From: Takakia lepidozioides
Lineage: Eukaryota > Plantae > Bryophyta
Direction: 5' to 3'
Length of the DNA stretch: 64,000 nucleotides
Assembly: GCA_030704615.1 (NCBI GenBank)
Contig: CM060731.1
Location: 13,764,001 to 13,828,000, forward strand
This document shows positions 49,948 through 62,760 of the stretch, piece after piece. The notes under the pieces are model-generated. The model saw nothing but the letters and a program-made list of their open reading frames with translations. It was not told where the DNA came from and did no database searches. The translations under genes were made by a program, and so were the position numbers. The stretch's first letter is position 1. Every line of letters begins with the position of its first letter.

Positions 49948-52900
49948 CTTGGTATCAGAGCTTAGAGTTCAGTACGCGATCGTCCTTGGGATTGGCCTCA
50001 TCATGGGGTCGGGCAAGCCAAAGCGAAAGCGGAACGGCCCAAAAGATGATGATCCTGGTGAGCCCGATGGGGGCGACGTGTCACCGAAGCGGCCGTTTGA
50101 GGAAGCGACGCAGGTTTCGAAAGCGAGGCCGCTCAAGAGCGGGAGGAATCCGAGGAGTCGGAGCCGAGGAATCCGTGAGAGCTCCGACCGACCAACAGAT
50201 GCCTCCCATGCCGGCAGCCTTTTGGGAAGGGTTGTTGGCGCAGTTTGGCGGGACGTTGAAAGACGTGTTGAAGGCGGCTAATGCCACTTCCACTAAGGCA
50301 AAGTTTAAGGTGAAGCCTAAGGAACCCGGCACCTTCGAGGGCGTCCGAAATCGGAAGGCACTCAACACCTGGCTCCTGGAGCTAGAGCAGTACTTCCGGG
50401 CGGCCAAGTTGAGTGACGAGGATCGGGTGGAAGTGGCTCCCACCTATTTGAGGGGCTATGCTCAACAATGGTGGCAGAAACGCCTTCACGACCGAGGTCC
50501 AAGCCCGGAAACCTTGAACTGGAGTGGGTTCAAGGAATTGATGAAGAGACAGTTTGTGCCCCTCAACGCGTCCTGGCTTGCCCGGGACAAGATGAGGAAT
50601 TTGAAGCAAACAGATGACATTCGGGGATATGTCCAGGCTTTCAATGTGCTTTTGCTCGAAGTCGCGGACATGGCAGAACCAGAAATGGTCTTCAACTTGT
50701 GGGCGGGACTGGCCCCATGGGCCAGGCGGAAGTTGGAGGAGAAGCCACCTAAGACTTTGAACGAGGCAATTGAGAGGGCTGAATGTTTCTCGGATGTCCT
50801 AGGGGTGAGAAAGACAAGGCCGTACGGAGCTGAACCACAAGAAGACCCGGCGGGAAGGTGACTCCTTCCGACCGGAAAAGAAGTGGGATAGGCCACGCGG
50901 CGACAATGGCACGTGGAAATCGAAGGGAGGGCCTTCACACGTCAAGGCGGCACCCGGTGCTTCGAAAGGAAAAGCGGGTGGAGCGGCTTATGGCGGACAG
51001 AAGGCGACTTTGATGGAGTGTGTTTCAATTGCGGGAGCCCGGGCACATGGCCAAGAAGTGCACGAAACCCCACAATTGAACATGACTCGGGCAACCACGG
51101 AGCTGTCGGAAGATACCATCAGTCGCTTGGTGGAAGCGGTGGTCGCCAGGACTTGCAAGGTAGGCAACTATTCTTGTGAGTTGTATCAGGAAACTGGCGC
51201 CCTGCGTAAAGGGAGTCAGTTATTGTTCGTGGATGGGATAATATCCGGAACTAACGTGTCGTTGTTGGTGGACACAGGAGCGTCGCACTCCTTCATGACG
51301 CCGCGGCGGCGCGAAAGTTGGGACTCCCGACAAGTGACGTGGGGGCCTCTTGAGGTGCGTTCTGCCAAAGGAGAACCACAGTTGGCGACAAGGTTGGCGT
51401 TTGATGTTCCTCTTCAACTGGGGAGTTGGGAGGGACGTGAGAACTTCACCATCTGCGAGATCGATGGAGTGGATCTCATTTTGGGGATGACCTTTTTGAG
51501 CAAATCCGGAGCGGTCATAGATGGCCGCAAGAGAGTAGTCACGCTGCCATGTGGGAATGGTGGCGAGGTCTTACGAGTGTCGGAAACGCCCAAATCCGTG
51601 GGAGGGCGAATAAACTTCTATCAGCAAGGGAGTGGGCCGTGGAGGAGGCACACGAGCCCAGTTTTTGCTTTACATTAGAGAGAAGTGAAAGGAGAAGGCG
51701 ATGGGGAGCCGAGCCCAGATTGGATCAAGGGGATTTTGGAGAAATACCAGGATGTGATGCCGGAGGATTTACCAAGCGGCTTGCCACCGCGCGAAGAGGA
51801 GTTGACCACAAGATTGAGGTGATACCGGGATCGGAACCGCCTGCCAAGGGCCCTACCGGTTGAGCCACAGAGAGTTGGTCGAGCTGAAGACTCAGCTCAA
51901 GGATCTAATGTCAAAGGGTACATCCGGCCGAGTAAGTCACCTTACGGAGCCCCGGTGCTATTTGCAGACAAGAAGGATGGGACGCTGCGGATGTGTGTCG
52001 ATTACAGGGCTCTGAATAAGGTGACTATCAAAAACCGGTACCCTTTGCCAAGGATCGACGACCTCTTCGATCGGTTGGCAGGAGCGAAGTATTTCAGCCG
52101 GATCGACTTGCGCTCCGGCTATCATCAAATTCGGGTGGCGGAAGGAGATGAGGAGAAGACCGCGTGCAGGACAAGGTATGGTTCATATGAGTTCTTGGTG
52201 ATGCCTTTTGGGCTCACCAATGCACCAGCGACCTTAGCACGCTGATGAACAGCCTTTTCAGGAGTGGTTGGATGACTTTGTGATCGTGTACATCGACGAC
52301 ATCTTGGTGTACTCGAAAACAAAGGAGGAACACCTGGAGCACCTCAAAAGGGTGTTCCAAAATTGCGGGAAGGGAAGCTGTATGCCAAAGCTTCAAAAAA
52401 GTGCGAATTCGGGGTCACAAAAGTGGAGTTCTTGGGGCATGTGATTACACAGGATGGGATCAAAATGGATGACAGAAAGGTGAGGGCGATCTTGGACTGG
52501 GAGCCTCCGACTTCGGTCCCGGGAGTGCGATCCTTCCTAGGACTCGCCTCCTATTACCGGAAGTATGTGAGAAATTTCGCCAAGATCGGGGCCGCTGTCA
52601 GACCTTCTGTGTAAATCCAAAGTCTGGGCATGGAACACATTTTGTGGCCAAGCTTTTGCTGAATTGAAGCAGCGGATGGCGGAAGCTCCAGTCTTGAAAA
52701 TCCCGGAGTTCGATCGTCCATTGAGATACATACAGATGCGTCGGACTTCGCGATTGGGGGTGTACTGATGCAAGATGGACGTCCAGTGGCTTACGAAAGT
52801 AAGAAACTGAATGAAGTGGAGCGACGGTGGCCGACGCACGAAAAGAGATGAAGGCGGTGGTGCACTGTCTTGAGCTTTGGCGCCACTATGTTGGTTCCAA

Positions 52901-55437
52901 CCAGTGAAGGTGTTCACGGACAATGTCACGGTGAAGTATTTTGCCACGCAGCCCAAGTTGTCCCCAAAACAACTTAGGTGGCAAGATACTTTGGCGGTGT
53001 TCGACGTGGATATCCAGTACAAACCGGGACGAGACAACGTGGTGGCCGATGCTTTAAGTAGAAAGCAGCAGCTCTTGTTGGTGTACAAGGGCGAGACGGC
53101 GCTCCAAAGGAAGATCCGGAAGGCTTGCCGGAAGGATGAGCTGGCGAAGTCCGTGATGCAGGACTTGAGGATGGGGGTTAAATCGCAGTTCCACTTGCAA
53201 AATGGACTGCTCCGGTATAAGCAAAAACGTCTCTACGTGCCGAAGGGAGGGATCAGAGATAGCCTCTTGAGAGAATGCCATGATAGCCCGCTTGCGGGCC
53301 ACGGCGGAGCCAAGCGCACTGCGGCACTCTTGAAGAAAGAGTATTTCTGGCCCAAACTGAGGGAGGAGGCAGAGGAGTATGTCAAGACATGCACCACATG
53401 CCAACAAAACGGAGCGAGTACAAAAAGCAAGCGGGGCTGTTACAACCCTTGCCGATTCCAGAGGGGACTTGGGAAAGCGTCTCGATGGATTTCATGACTG
53501 CTATGCCGCTGTCAAAAGGATTCGATGCAATCATGGTGGTGGTGGATAGGTTCAGTAAAATGGGCCATTTCATCCCCACCAAGGAGACGGCAACGGCGCA
53601 GGAGACAGGGCGACTTTACTTCGCCCACGTCTTAAAGCATCATGGAGTCCCGAAGGATATTGTCTCGGACCGATCCAAAGTTTACGAGTAAATTTGGAGA
53701 GCACTTTGGAAGAAGATGGGGACGAGGCTGAAGATGAGCACCGCCTTCCGACCTACGACCGACGGCCAAACAGAAAGGTGAATTCCGTAGTGAAGCAGAT
53801 CTTGCGGAATTACGTGTCGGCAGACCAAACAGACTGGGTGGAACACTTAGACGCGGCAGAGTTCTGTTATAATAACACAGAACACTCCGCAACGGGAGTT
53901 TCCCCTTTCGTATTGGTCTATGGAAAAGCACCTCTGGTGCCGACAAGTTGGGCCGCCCAGGACGTTGAGGAACCGGCAGTAGCGGCGGTACTGGAAGAAC
54001 GCGAGTTTGTTGAAGCTCGCAAAGTACAACATTGCCAAAGCTAGGAAACGGTATGAAAGGCAGGCGAATCGGAAGCGTGAAGTGAAGTTTGAGGCAGGCA
54101 CAGAGGTCTGGTTGAACATCAAGAATTTCGACTACCTCCGGAAGTGAGTCCGAAGTTCGTACCTCCGTATGCGGGACCCTTTCGCATTCGGAAGGTTATG
54201 AATGAGGATGTGTATGAATTGGAGCTGCCGGCAAACAGCAAGGTGCACCCAGTATTCCATGTCTCCCTTTTGAAGCCTTACTTCAAAGATGAAGCGCGTC
54301 CGAATCGGCATCAAGTGTTGCGTCCGCCACCTATGCTGTTGGATCATGAAAATGAACCTGAGTACGAGGTGGAGGCAATACTTAAGTCGAGGAGGTTCAG
54401 AACCGAGAAACGGAGTATCTCGTCAAATGGAAGGGCTATCATCATGTGGAGGCATCTTGGGTGCGTGCCTCAGAAATGGGAAACGCATCCGAGGCGGTTG
54501 CAGCTTTCGAAGGGCGACCTCAAAAGCGAAGCGTTGATGGGGACATCAACCTTGGAGCGTGGGGGAGGAAATGCATGCTTAGCCCGGCTTAGCTAGCTTA
54601 GGAATCCGATTGCAAAAACTTGTATTGTACAAAATTTGTTATAAAGGAAATGGGTTCCAAATGTTGTGCGTCCTATTTTGTTTGGAATGTGATGCATGGT
54701 ATGGTTGGCTAGTGTGTAGAATGCATGCTAGCTTATAAAAGTGGGAGAGGTAAATTGGGTTAATCGTGTGTTTGCGTAGTGCCGAAATCGGGTGACCCCA
54801 TCCAAGGGGCAAGGAAACTTGCGCCTTCTTTGGGAGTTCACGTGCTAGTGCGCACCTGGCGCGTGCGCGTACTATAACGCGCTACCGAGGGGGTTGCCTT
54901 GTAGTGCGGGCTAACGCGGAAGCTACGTGCTTCCGTTCACGTACTATAATCGTGTAGCCTCGGGACGAAGTCGTAGTGCGGCTTCGGCGTGTTCCCGTAC
55001 CTCAGGCCAGCATTCCAAGGCGGACCCAATTGTAGTGATTGGGGCGCACGGTTGGTTCAAGGTTATCTTCCTAGTCAAAGAGGGTTCCAGGTGAACCCTT
55101 GCTCAAGGTGATGCCAAAAGCGGCATCATGAGCGATCGCAAGCAATGTTGTTGCAGTAAGGCGATTCGATCCTCGGGGAGGATCGTTCCTTGGCCTTGAA
55201 GTAGGCCAAGAAGAGTGCACTGGGAGGAGCTGGAGAGGCTCCACCCTTGGCCGGGACTTGGAGGAAGTCGGCCGAACTAGCTAGTGGAGAGTAGAGTCAA
55301 GTGTGGGGTTTGGTTTTGCCATGGGACGCCATGGTACGGAAACAAACTCCTTGATGTGGGACGCCACAACTTGGATGTTCGTTTCTACAAAATGGACAAG
55401 TCGATGAGGACATCGACTCCCTGTTGGTAGGGGTGTG

Positions 55438-56160
55438 TGTCGCGGCCCTTTGCCTTGAGGGCAGGGGGTCGGGACACATGAGGGGCTGCCCCTGTGGTGG
55501 GGGCAGCGGCAGCGATAGGTATGGGGGGCTGAAGCACCCTTGAGTGCCCAAGGCACTCAAGGAGGCGGAGGCGCTCACTAGGTGGAGCCCCGCACACCGG
55601 GTTGCGTGGGGGTGGCTCCACAAGGGGTGGTGGTGGTAGCGGGACTTAGTGGGGGTGGCATAGGACTCACCATGGGGTGGAGACCTCGTGGTGGGAGTCG
55701 TGGGGAGTCTTGGGACTCATCACGGTCCATAGGGGCCGTGGTGAGTGGGCCAAGACTCACCGCGACTCATCACCGGGAGTCGAGGGTTTTCGTGGTGGTT
55801 CGCCATAAAATGGCATGGCTGGTTGTGAAACCCCGCGGACAGCTACAGAAGTATATATAGGGGTAGTAGTGACCCCGAGAACGGTGCAAGCCCGTTGGTG
55901 ACCAAAAACTAGTGAGTAAGCGAGCGAGCCGGAAAGCGACCAAAGAGTGAGGAGCTGTTCCGGACTGCCAACTACCAAAGGGAATTCCACTAGGCCCAAA
56001 TAGGTGGAGGGTTTAGTGGGAGAGCAAAGGGGGACCGTTATGTCCCGGTGAGCAGCCGAAGCTCCAAGTTGGCCCGGCGGCCAGGTTGGGAGTCAGGCGC
56101 GCGCATCAAAGCGAGTAACTATGACTTGAAGGGGAGCTTACCGAAGTGAGGTGCGCGACA
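55438..56160 (+). repeat. 3' LTR of chromovirus copy 2
   Basis: Preceded by GGTAGGGGTGTG; followed by the TSD. Confidence 0.95.
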
Positions 56161-59100
56161 CATAGTGTTCTGCGGTTGGAGGGAATTGTCGAACCAGCTT
56201 CCCATTCCGTCTGGTTGGCCACAAGTGAGCGTCAGGCGAAGGTACCCGTGAACCGCTTGTACTTGAAGCACCTTCACGTGTAATGGAATGTCTGGCTAGG
56301 GAGAAACCCGCCTCTTCCAGCATTGCGATCTCTTGGTGAGTGAGACCTGTGCCCATCTTCACAGACCACACGGTTGGTGGAGTAGGCTTCCTCACCACGG
56401 AGGGCCTCACTGTCCCGCACACATCTCCCACAATCGTCAGCACAAAACTTGTGGTTCTTTGCCTCTCCTTGGCCGTAAGGGAGAAACAAACCAGTGAATG
56501 TAGGAGCTGCAGTGCTTTCCCTCTGGATATTAATGATGTACATTTTTCATGATTGGTGGCCTTGATCGCCGCGCATTTCACACGCTATCCAGCACTTGTG
56601 CGTTCTATATGCCAAACCTCGTCCAAGCACATGGATTCTATTACATGCCGCACCACGTTCTGGTCTTCAACCATTGCAGTGACAGTGCTTGATGCAGGGG
56701 TCCGGTCTGGGGCAGAATGGCCCTCACCTGTGGATGTTCTGCAATTCCATCTCTGATCCAAGGGAACACGTGGCGTCGAGAAGTTGACCCTATCCGCCCT
56801 ATGGGAGTCTGCATCCGATTCGGGAGGGGTATCCAATTTCCGTTTGCAAGACCCGAATCTCTCTTCGCCTTCCAGATGGGGAACTCTTCCCACGAGAGGG
56901 GTGCCATCTGCACATATGCTCACTGCCCGCGCTATTTTGCTGGGATCCCCCGATCTTCTTGTTGCCCGCAACATCAATTCGCTACTGTCCGGGCCTTTGC
57001 CTCCAAGGCCACCCCTCAAGAATGACCTGTATCTGGTTTGTTGCTGCAGAGCACGGATAAGGTCATCGGCCGTAGCCGCATACAAATCTCTTCCCTTTTT
57101 GCCGGATTGCTGCAACCAAGCATTGTGCACTGTCTCCGCTAGATTGCAAGACGACATGTCCGCCATCTCCTCAATGGACATATGCTGCAAGGCAAAAAAA
57201 GACAAAACTGATATTAGGATGGGACCCTGAAAGATATATCCGAAGCACCCAAAGGAAGGTGAATGCAAACCGCGCACCGTTGTCATGGCCGCTCCCCACT
57301 GTCGGTAACGGAAGTGCCAAAATGCGAACCAGTCTTCCAGTGCCCTCATGCTGTCCTCCAATGCCGCTCCAGATGAGTACCACCAGGCACGAATTGTCTA
57401 GAACAATGTATTCGCTTCCCCCATAGTTTTGGCGTCTTTGTACTGTTTGCACAGTTGACGATGCATACTTTGCATATCTGGCTTGATGTCTGCCTTTGTG
57501 TGTTTATCCAGGGATTGTGTCTAATGGAAAAGACACATACGTTCTCTTCCAGGCATTGGCACTTTTGGATCTCCCGTCCCGAATACAATGCGGACAGCGT
57601 TGAAGTTAGCTTGAGCACTGTCGGCCATGAAACCAACAAAAATGGGAGATGGGAGACCATTGGAGGCCATAACACGAATGAGAGCTTCCCACATGAGCTG
57701 CTGTGAATCTGTGTCCTTTGACTGCATGTCACACACTGCAATTGTCATGACACGCTGGTACACAGGGTCGTAAACATGACATGCCATTGTGGTCCAGTCT
57801 TTAACCCTCTTGACGTGATCGAACATAAGGAAACAGTTGCCTAGATCGCCATCCTTTTGCATACGTTTAACCAGGCTGACTCCGCTGCCCTCACCTTTTG
57901 TGGACATTTTGAATAGGAACACTTTCCTGGCTCCTTGCCCCAGGAAAACGCTGTCTTGGATGTAGTCGTACATGCTCCTTTTCTTCAAATCCATAATATT
58001 GTCCATATAACCTCGGCTCCCAGAGCCCATTCTTAAATTGTTCACCTGATTCCTAATGTTTGGAGAAGTCAAAGTCGAGAAATGGTCCATAACAGTGTCC
58101 AAAGCTGGTCCCTCCAATTTTCCTCCAACCGAATCCGATGCACACAAAAAACGGCTTTCCAGAAAGGACTTGCTCGCCCCCATGGCAATTGCAGATGTGG
58201 TTCCAGTTGGATTGGTATCCAACTCTTGCCTTATCAGACGCGAGACTATCTCAACGCTCTCCCTATAATCCCCCTTGGACACAGGGTGGTTGTGAAAACC
58301 GAAATGGACACAGGTTCTAGTCAGGGTTTTGAATCGATGCACCACATAGTACATTCTGGCGCCACACATTGTAAGGCAGCAAGGTGGTACCCTACAGAAC
58401 TTGCACACAAAAGTGTTACTGTATGGAGGTGTCACCAGGCTTGAATGGATTCTCACTGACACCATCCCATTCGCTTTGGTTTTGCACACCCGACAATGCG
58501 AAGTGTCTGCATTTCATGTTCTCGCATTTCAGGTGCCCATTACAGACTGTTTGCCTGAGTATGAGGTTGTCGTGGTTGTGAATATTGGAGGTTTTTGTGC
58601 GGCACCAAGGGTGCCCATCGTGCTTTTTGTCCATTCCTTCCATGGGACTGGAAATGCCTCCAACACGACCAGGAGGAGGCAGCTCAAAAACAGTATTACC
58701 ATCAAAAGATTTCGGCAAGAATGCCACCCTCTGAACATTGAAAGTGCTCCAGTCAATCCCCCTCAACTCACTCTTGAATCCTGCCATCCCACCCATGGCT
58801 TTCAGTTTAGGAATGACACTAGTGATCTCCTCCACATCTGCTTCCTGATGGACATGGCTGATCCACGGGCGGTATTTCACAGGCGTCATTGGAGGATGAA
58901 TCCGAAAGCTCAACTACAGTGTTAACGGTACTTGACTCCTTCTTGACAACCACGGGTGTTTTCTCTTGGGCCACTGATGCTGCCGTGCCAGGAGTAACGA
59001 ACGATCCTGCAGACTGTCTCCGAGGAGCACTGAGCACCCTGTATCTGCCTGGAGTCACTCTCCATTGTGTGGTTGGTGCAGTATGCGAAGGTTTCTGGAA

Positions 59101-60340
59101 CGCGTACTTGAGCAGTTTTCCATTGGCATCGTACACTTCCCTTTCAAGGAATAGAGTTCCATTTTCCAACCAAAACTGCGTTGCGAGCACGTGTTCATGC
59201 ACCACCGCAAAACCGTCATCTTCCACCTCGTAAGAAAAGGGGACAGGGTGGTCCTCACTGAAGAAGTCCGCGTCAAGGGAGCCCATGGGTTGGGAGGCCA
59301 TCTGTCAATGTTGCTTCAAAACGAACACTTCACAGTCCGACGTTGCTTCTGATTGCAGGTTGTACTAGAGCGGAGTTTTTTGGCTGTATAGATGACGTCC
59401 TTACACACAGTTGCAGGTGTCGCACCCGCTTGCAGGTCTCCTAACGCGGTTCGGCACATCGTAGAAATATGTCCCCATGCGAACCAAGTGGACGGTCGCA
59501 GAGTGCCCAAATGCGGAGTGGATAATGTGAGCCCTAATCAAATAATGCAACTATTTTCTCAGAGGTGCCCCACCAGTGCATTGGACAACCAACTCAGCAA
59601 GATTGACTGACAGAGCCGTCATTTGCCTGTGACCCGAACGAATTTCGGTGGATGAGAAAAAAATGATTTCCGGAGATATTCATAACGGTTAGATGGACAT
59701 GTGTTTGCCATGCATGTGGAATGAGCATGTGGCGCACAGGTCGTTCCGAGCGATCATCTTGGCGTGGAAGGCCTTGTGCTGAACCCACCGTAGCCTCTTT
59801 TTTTCCTTCTTCTCCATATTGTCCTTGCAACCCTGGATTCTGTAGAGATGGTGATCATATCCCGAGGGAGAAGAAAACGTCAAAGAACCACATCAAACAA
59901 GCAAAGGGTACGCGCTAAGGAGAGGATGAGGAATGCGAGACGGGAACTTAAAATGGGAGAGGAAACCTCCGGCGGAGATGAGGACGAACGCCAAAACCCG
60001 ATTCTGCAACCACTGTTTGGAGAGGAAGGTCTTCAAGTGATCCCGGAGGCGACCGAAGAGCAACCTCCAATTGAAGGGGGGAGGACGAGGAAGTCAGCTG
60101 GGCTCGGAGGAAGCACTGCGAGGGAGAACCAGGTTGAGAGAGCGAGGAGAGATGGACACAGAGACCATACCGTCTGCCGTTGTTTCGCACCACCGGGACC
60201 TCCTTGGAAGTATGCTGCCTCCAGACCTCATGGAAAAGTTGAATGCCTCAGGAGCATCATCAAGTGCAAAGAAGAAACCGGAGGTGACTATCAACCCTCT
60301 TTTTCCTTTTTTTTTTTTTGTCTGTTCCATGCTCATCAGA

Positions 60341-60925
60341 GAGGTCGACATCAACCTTGCGTCAACGCAAGTTGATGTCGACCTCCACATTGTATGTTCT
60401 GGGCATGAAACGAGTGCAGATGCTGCAATCAAATCAACCTTGCGTTGACGCGAGGTTGATTCGTGTGTCTTTTCTGTTCAATCCCACAAACTCTAAACGC
60501 CTGGCAGCCATGGAACTGTTGAATGCTCCCGGTGCATCATACAGTGCCAAGAAGAAACTATAAGTTGCAATGTGCCTTTCCATGTGATGTTTTTGTTTGT
60601 TGAACACCAAACTGAGAGGTCGATAGCAACCTTGCGTCAACGCAAGGTTGATGTCGACCTCTAAAGTGTTTGTTTATGAAGGTGACATGAAGCAGATTCA
60701 GCACTCAAATCAACCTTGCGTTGACGCGAGGCTGATTTGATGCCACTCTCTGCATCTGAAGTCTCGCACCAGGTAACGCAAAGTAGGGAAAGTTGATTAT
60801 CTGAAGCCACCAAAAGAACCCTGCGTCAACGCAAAGCATTTAGTTGGTTCAATGGATTGTTGCGGTATGCATTTCAGACTAAGCTACATCCCCATCAATC
60901 AACCTTGCGTCAACGCAAGGTAGAT
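60341..60925. repeat. Six TCAACCTTGCGT-(CA/TG)-ACGCAAGGTTGA palindromes (intronic)
   Basis: Copies at ~60341-60385 (extended arms GAGGTCGACA), 60432-60461, 60615-60662, 60705-60740, 60818-60836 (degenerate) and 60897-60925. Confidence 0.9.
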
Positions 60926-62760
60926 CCATGGGAGCTCAATCTGTCACTCACAGGGATATTCATTCTGTGCAGAGGAAAAGAAAAAAGAAATCCGTGGGGG
61001 GAGATGCGGAAGTGGCAGAAGGTGATGGTGAGGAGGAGTCATTTGAGGGACACTATGAAGACAAGGCCGAGGAGGTTATGGGTGGGCAGAAAGTGAACTC
61101 CTCGAAGGTGATTCTGTCGATGGAGGTTCCCGGCGGAAACCTGGTTATCCCACTATGCAGGATGATCTCCATGCCCGCGGTTTCGACCCGCATGAGGAAC
61201 GACATCACGAAGTTGAAGAACGATTTTGTTCACGGCTATGTCAAGGGATCTGCTGTGTTCTTTGTATCCACTGTGAACACGAAAGGAGAGGAGTGTCTTG
61301 TAACAGAGGACATAGAGCAAAGTTGGGATGCATGCTGGCGGGATGTAAACAGGGAGTTTGAGTTCAAGCTGTCCAAAAAGGCCTCCACAAAAGCGTTTAT
61401 GGGAAAGATGTTTTTTGTCTGGGATGGGAACCATAGACTGCTTGCCTGGATGGATTACATTTCAAGCTTGCACTCGGACGAGATCGAATGGCATTGGAGC
61501 GTGGTTTCCATGGTACTCGACCACAAAGGACGTGTCACGCAGCTCTTGACAGCCATGCACGACATAAACAAGTAAGTTACCAACATTATTCCCGTTCCGA
61601 TCTGCATTTGCACAATTAGAAATCATCTTATGAGTTGAAGGTTTTTCCAGGTCCAATGAAACCTCCCATGTGTAAACAAATCTCTGCCACACTCTATTCC
61701 GTATCCAGAAGATAGGGCTGATGCCACTGGAGTCATTCACGAACGTGCTCAGTCCTCAGCAGATGAAGAGGTGTGCTGAAAAGAAGACAAGCACTTGGTA
61801 CAGCCTGACAAGGGAGGCTTTTCTTGACTACATGTACACGGTAAGCTTCTTCATTGATTGTTGTTACTGCAAATTTTATCAAGAAAATAGCAGAAACTGG
61901 TTTGAAGGCGAAAGCAGAGTACTATGCTTCCCACACAGAAGAGCAGAGGTCTGCTACTGGGCTTGAGGACATAATGAAATTCGAGATGAACAATCAAAGG
62001 AAGAACCTCATGAGTGCGTTCGACAAACAAATCCGCATACCAGATCCAAGTCTTGGCACGGAATTTCTGAAACAGGTGAAAGCACATTATGACAAGTATG
62101 GCTCAAAGCCAGAGATGACCCAAGAGAAACTGCATCGCCTTTCCATTTCAATGGTGGACAATGCAACCAAAATCAGGTGGTTGGAGATCTGGAATTCCGA
62201 TCCACTTGTGAGAGACACCAACATGTTCCCATCTCTTGAGAGGGACTCGAAGACACAAGCAATAAAAGTTGTTAGCGACCACACATTCGACCAATGGCTA
62301 CACAAAGCAACCTTCTTGAGCCAGGTAAAGTTTCCACAAAACCATTTTCAAATGTTTGTGCTACTCCGTGCTCTCTCCACAATTCTTATGATCTTTCTTG
62401 CTACAGTTGGAAAAACGAGCGGTGGCTGCACTTGGGGAGTCAATGGCAGACTACAAAATCCAGATGTCTTGCCCCCGGATCACACTGGAGGCCTATATCA
62501 GGAGATGGAAGCTCGCTGTCTGGAACAACTGTTTCTTCAGGGAGTTTGAGAGAGAAAAAAGGATCTCCAGGTCCTACAAATTCAAAAACCAGTACAACAG
62601 CGAGCAAGCAATGAAACAAGTGTTGTACACGTGTGACCTCCAAGAAACAATTCTGGTACTTGAAGTGTATGTTTCTGTATTCTTGTTTCATTTTTTCCAT
62701 GTAGAACTGCGAATTTGGAGGTTTTCAGGGAACTCTGAAGGCTCTGGACGTGCAGCCGAG

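Larger units (their letters stand above)
49226..56160 (+). mobile_element. Chromovirus copy 2, structurally complete (two LTRs, PBS, PPT, 5-bp TSD CATAG)
   Basis: CATAG at 49221-49225 and 56161-56165; LTRs 49226-49947 and 55438-56160; PBS TGGTATCAGAGC 49950-49961; frameshifted gag-pol-chromodomain nearly identical to copy 1. Confidence 0.96.
48873..59301 (-). pseudogene. MULE-type DDE transposase with GCM-like N-terminal zinc domain and C-terminal SWIM finger; split by LTR insertion; frameshifts and stops
   Basis: Pieces 59301-58819, 58913-58416, 58489-57521 (FDHVK, MADSA, CLFH), 57361-56585 (probable intron ~57279-57185; CNLAETVH), 56581-56161, then 49225-48873 (YDITVSNFPNCTCPDF..CKHLYFVF). 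Confidence 0.8.

Noticed and set aside
60928-61575. Bacterial contamination or plasmid partition locus
   Set aside because: The gene has GT-AG introns, there is no parA, and it is contiguous with a eukaryotic transposase and plant LTR elements.
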